This document shows, one piece after another, positions 61,327-64,000 of a stretch of DNA of 64,000 bases; within the stretch, counting starts at the first letter, position 1; the number at the start of each line of letters is the position of its first letter. This stretch comes from Leptogorgia sarmentosa (Eukaryota), in NCBI GenBank assembly GCA_964658305.1, contig OZ210885.1, forward strand, positions 6,262,001-6,326,000. Direction: 5' to 3'. A program made the position numbers and the translations under genes. The notes below the pieces were generated by a model that saw only the letters and a list, made by a program, of their open reading frames with translations, searched no databases and was not told the origin of the DNA.

Positions 61327-63059
61327 TAGTGTGGGATAAAATGTTTTTATAAATAATGAATAATAAAACGTGTTTTTTCATAAAAAAGTTTATTTACATA
61401 ACCGTTTTGTTTTTACAATATATTTGGACAGTTTTTTTGTACAGAAAATGTTTTACAAATAGTATTTTGGCAACCAGTGTTTTGTGAACCAATGTAAATA
61501 CGCTTCAACTTCGCGCTAACTAACCATAATAACAATTATTGCTAGGGGATCAAGTTTCTTGAACTATAGCAATTACATAATTGCTAAATTGGGTATTTTC
61601 CTTTCTAACATTACTTTCAAAAAAAACTTTATAAATTTTCTTGCATTCATTTGATCAGTGTATAATTTTGGGATTGTCAAAGGTGAAATTTTACTCTAAC
61701 AATGTAAAATTATATCCCAGAACTTGTCTTGGCTCCGGATCTGCCTACCTACGCGATTTTTTCTTCACAATATTCTCAGTCAGTGTGCAGTCATGGTTAT
61801 AAGGTAGAGAGATTGATGTGAAAATTTTATGAGCACTAAATATCTTGGTTTCGTGTGTATGCAGGTTCTTCCTGGACGGTATATAGCACGCCTTTGAATA
61901 AACAGAAGATATTGGTCTTCTCTGTTATATAATTCCAACACCATAGTCTCAGCCGTTCCGTTTACAGCATGTTTCAGTGTAAGTTTAACACTATGTCCTT
62001 CATCTTTCTCAACAACTGAAATCACTGTTCAAAATTTCAATGTTATCACGGAATATCACCTCAAGAAGCTTTTATGCTTAACTTGAATTGAGGGCAGCAT
62101 GACGGCTTTCCAACTACGTACAACCTACTCCTTGTGACTACTTGTAGTGTGACTACGTACATATTGAAATGAGTCATTTTACGAAGCAAAACAACCTAAC
62201 TCAGGTCACTTCTAGTAAAATCTCAAGCAATCAGGAATTCAACATTTTCTTTGAAGTCATAAAATGACTCCTTTCAATACCTCAAAATCATTTAACGCTT
62301 CATTAAATCCCGGATAAGTGGGATCATATAAACAGCCTCTAAGACTATTCAAATTGGACAAAACGCTCAGGGATCATTATTGAGCATTAAAATACGAATA
62401 AGTAATGCAGTTGATGAATAAATAATGATTTGCCGTGTATAAAACGCCGCGTCTCCCGTGCTATATGCCATAATTTGTGCTGATCGCCACGACGATATTG
62501 GAATGCTGGATAAAGAAGAATATAAAGAAACCCAAAAAGAAGATAACGAAACCGAACAGATGGCCCAACGACCTGTTCGCCCACCGCAACGACACGAAGA
62601 AGATTAACCCAATCCAATACCACGGCAGGAGCCTGTGCTATTTCACAACTTGCCGGGTCCACCTGGTGTCGTTAATCCGAATCCTCCTCAAGAGGACCAG
62701 CCGCAGGCACCAAATTTGGAGGTAATTATGTTGTCTATTTCATGCTAGATGAGTTTTCTAGCACAGCCCAGGTGGTTTGTGGAAGTTCTTCATGTGTGGT
62801 CTCAGTGTTTTGAGTTTCGTCTGTTTGGTTGGGGTTTTAGTTCGGTGGGGTTTCTCGCCTATCTAGCGCTATAACTTCGTAGGTTTGCCTGAGCAGCTAT
62901 ATTAGTTGGGTGGTTTTATCTCCTCATGGGTTGCATGAGCGGTTTTCACTTAGTTTGTATCTTTATTGTATGAATTGGTGTTCGCGGGGGAATTGTGTAT
63001 CGCCCAAGCAATGGCTTCCCCAAGCTTCGCGTTTACCGGGCAGTATTAGTGTTCTGACA

Positions 63060-64000
63060 AGGGTAGATTGTTTCAGACCGTGCACGAGCACCGAGCGAAC
63101 GTGAGTTTGCTCATATCGTTAAATTGATATTGAGACATGTGCTTCTGGCAATGTTCGATTGCTTCAGACCGTGCACGAGGATCGAGCGACCTTGAAGTCG
63201 CTAATGTCGTTCAATTGGTATATTGAGAGATGTGTTTCTGGCAATGTTAGATTGCTTCAGACCGTGCACAGGGACCGAGTGACCTTGAAGTCGCTAATAT
63301 CGGTAAATTGGTATATTGAGATGTGCTTCTGGCAATGTTAGATTGCTTCAGACCGTGCACGAGGACAGAGTGACCTTGAAGTCGCTAATATCGGTAAATT
63401 GGTATATTGAGAGATGTGCTTCTGGCAATGTTAGATTGCTTCAGACCGTGCACGAGGACCGAGTGACCTTGAAGTCGTCAATATCGTTGAATTGGTATAT
63501 TCAGGGATGTGCTTCTGGCAATGTTCGATTGCTTCAGACCGGGCACATGTACCGACGGAACTTGAATGTGCTAATATCGGTAAATTGATATTGAGATGTG
63601 TTTCTGGCAATGCTAGATTGCTTCAGACCGTGACGAGGCCCATTGAACTTGCATTTGCTAATATAGCTAAATTGATATTGAGAGGTGCTTCTGGCAATGT
63701 TAGATTGCTTCAGGCCGTGACGAGGCCGATTGAACTTGAATTGGCTAATATCGTCAAATTCATATTGAGATGTGCTTCTGGCACTGTTCGATTGCTTCAG
63801 ACCGTGACGAGGCCGATTGAACTTGAATTGGCTAATATCGTAAAATTCATATTGAGATGTGCTTCTGGCAATGCTAGATTGCTTCAGACCGTGACGAGGC
63901 CGATTGAACTTGAATTGGCTAATAGCGTCAAATTGATCTTGAGATGTGGTTCTGGCAATGTTAAATTGCTTCAGACCGTGACGAGGCTGATTGAACTTGA
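63060..64000. repeat. Satellite DNA with 87-93-bp unit, running off the window
   Basis: Core gagatgtgcttctggcaatgttagattgcttcagaccgtg, about 10 copies. Confidence 0.95.

Noticed and set aside
63060..64000. CRISPR-like array (constant core plus variable part)
   Set aside because: The variable parts are homologous to each other, there are no cas genes, and the context is eukaryotic: it is a satellite.

Overview
AT-rich, intron-containing animal genomic DNA; the TE repertoire resembles a marine invertebrate, probably a cnidarian (inference). No intact host gene is visible, and the window is almost entirely nested mobile elements. Boundaries were read from TIRs/LTRs and target-site duplications for a Kolobok MITE, three hAT elements, an Academ-like MITE, a Ginger1 element (CCGG TSD; Ulp1 and PHD cargo) and a Gypsy element with chromodomain integrase. 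The Gypsy contains an apparently intact two-gene Kolobok (TTAA) and a piggyBac with ATAT TSD. Also present are two Penelope-like elements, two CR1/L2-group LINEs, DIRS, BEL/Pao, Harbinger, CACTA, P-like, MULE and Polinton fragments, and several tandem repeats. The most notable observations are: (1) an exon encoding a TFII-I (GTF2I) I-repeat-like domain, tandemly duplicated with a partial ankyrin exon; (2) a minimal hammerhead ribozyme behind a Penelope element; (3) an intronless tRNA-Tyr gene next to a Polinton-like AGTAGT end, separated from its TATA box by a hAT insertion; (4) a LINE with CCCH-finger ORF1 and an in-frame deletion of the RT. Family calls are by eye from motifs, with no database searches, and coordinates of degenerate fragments are approximate.
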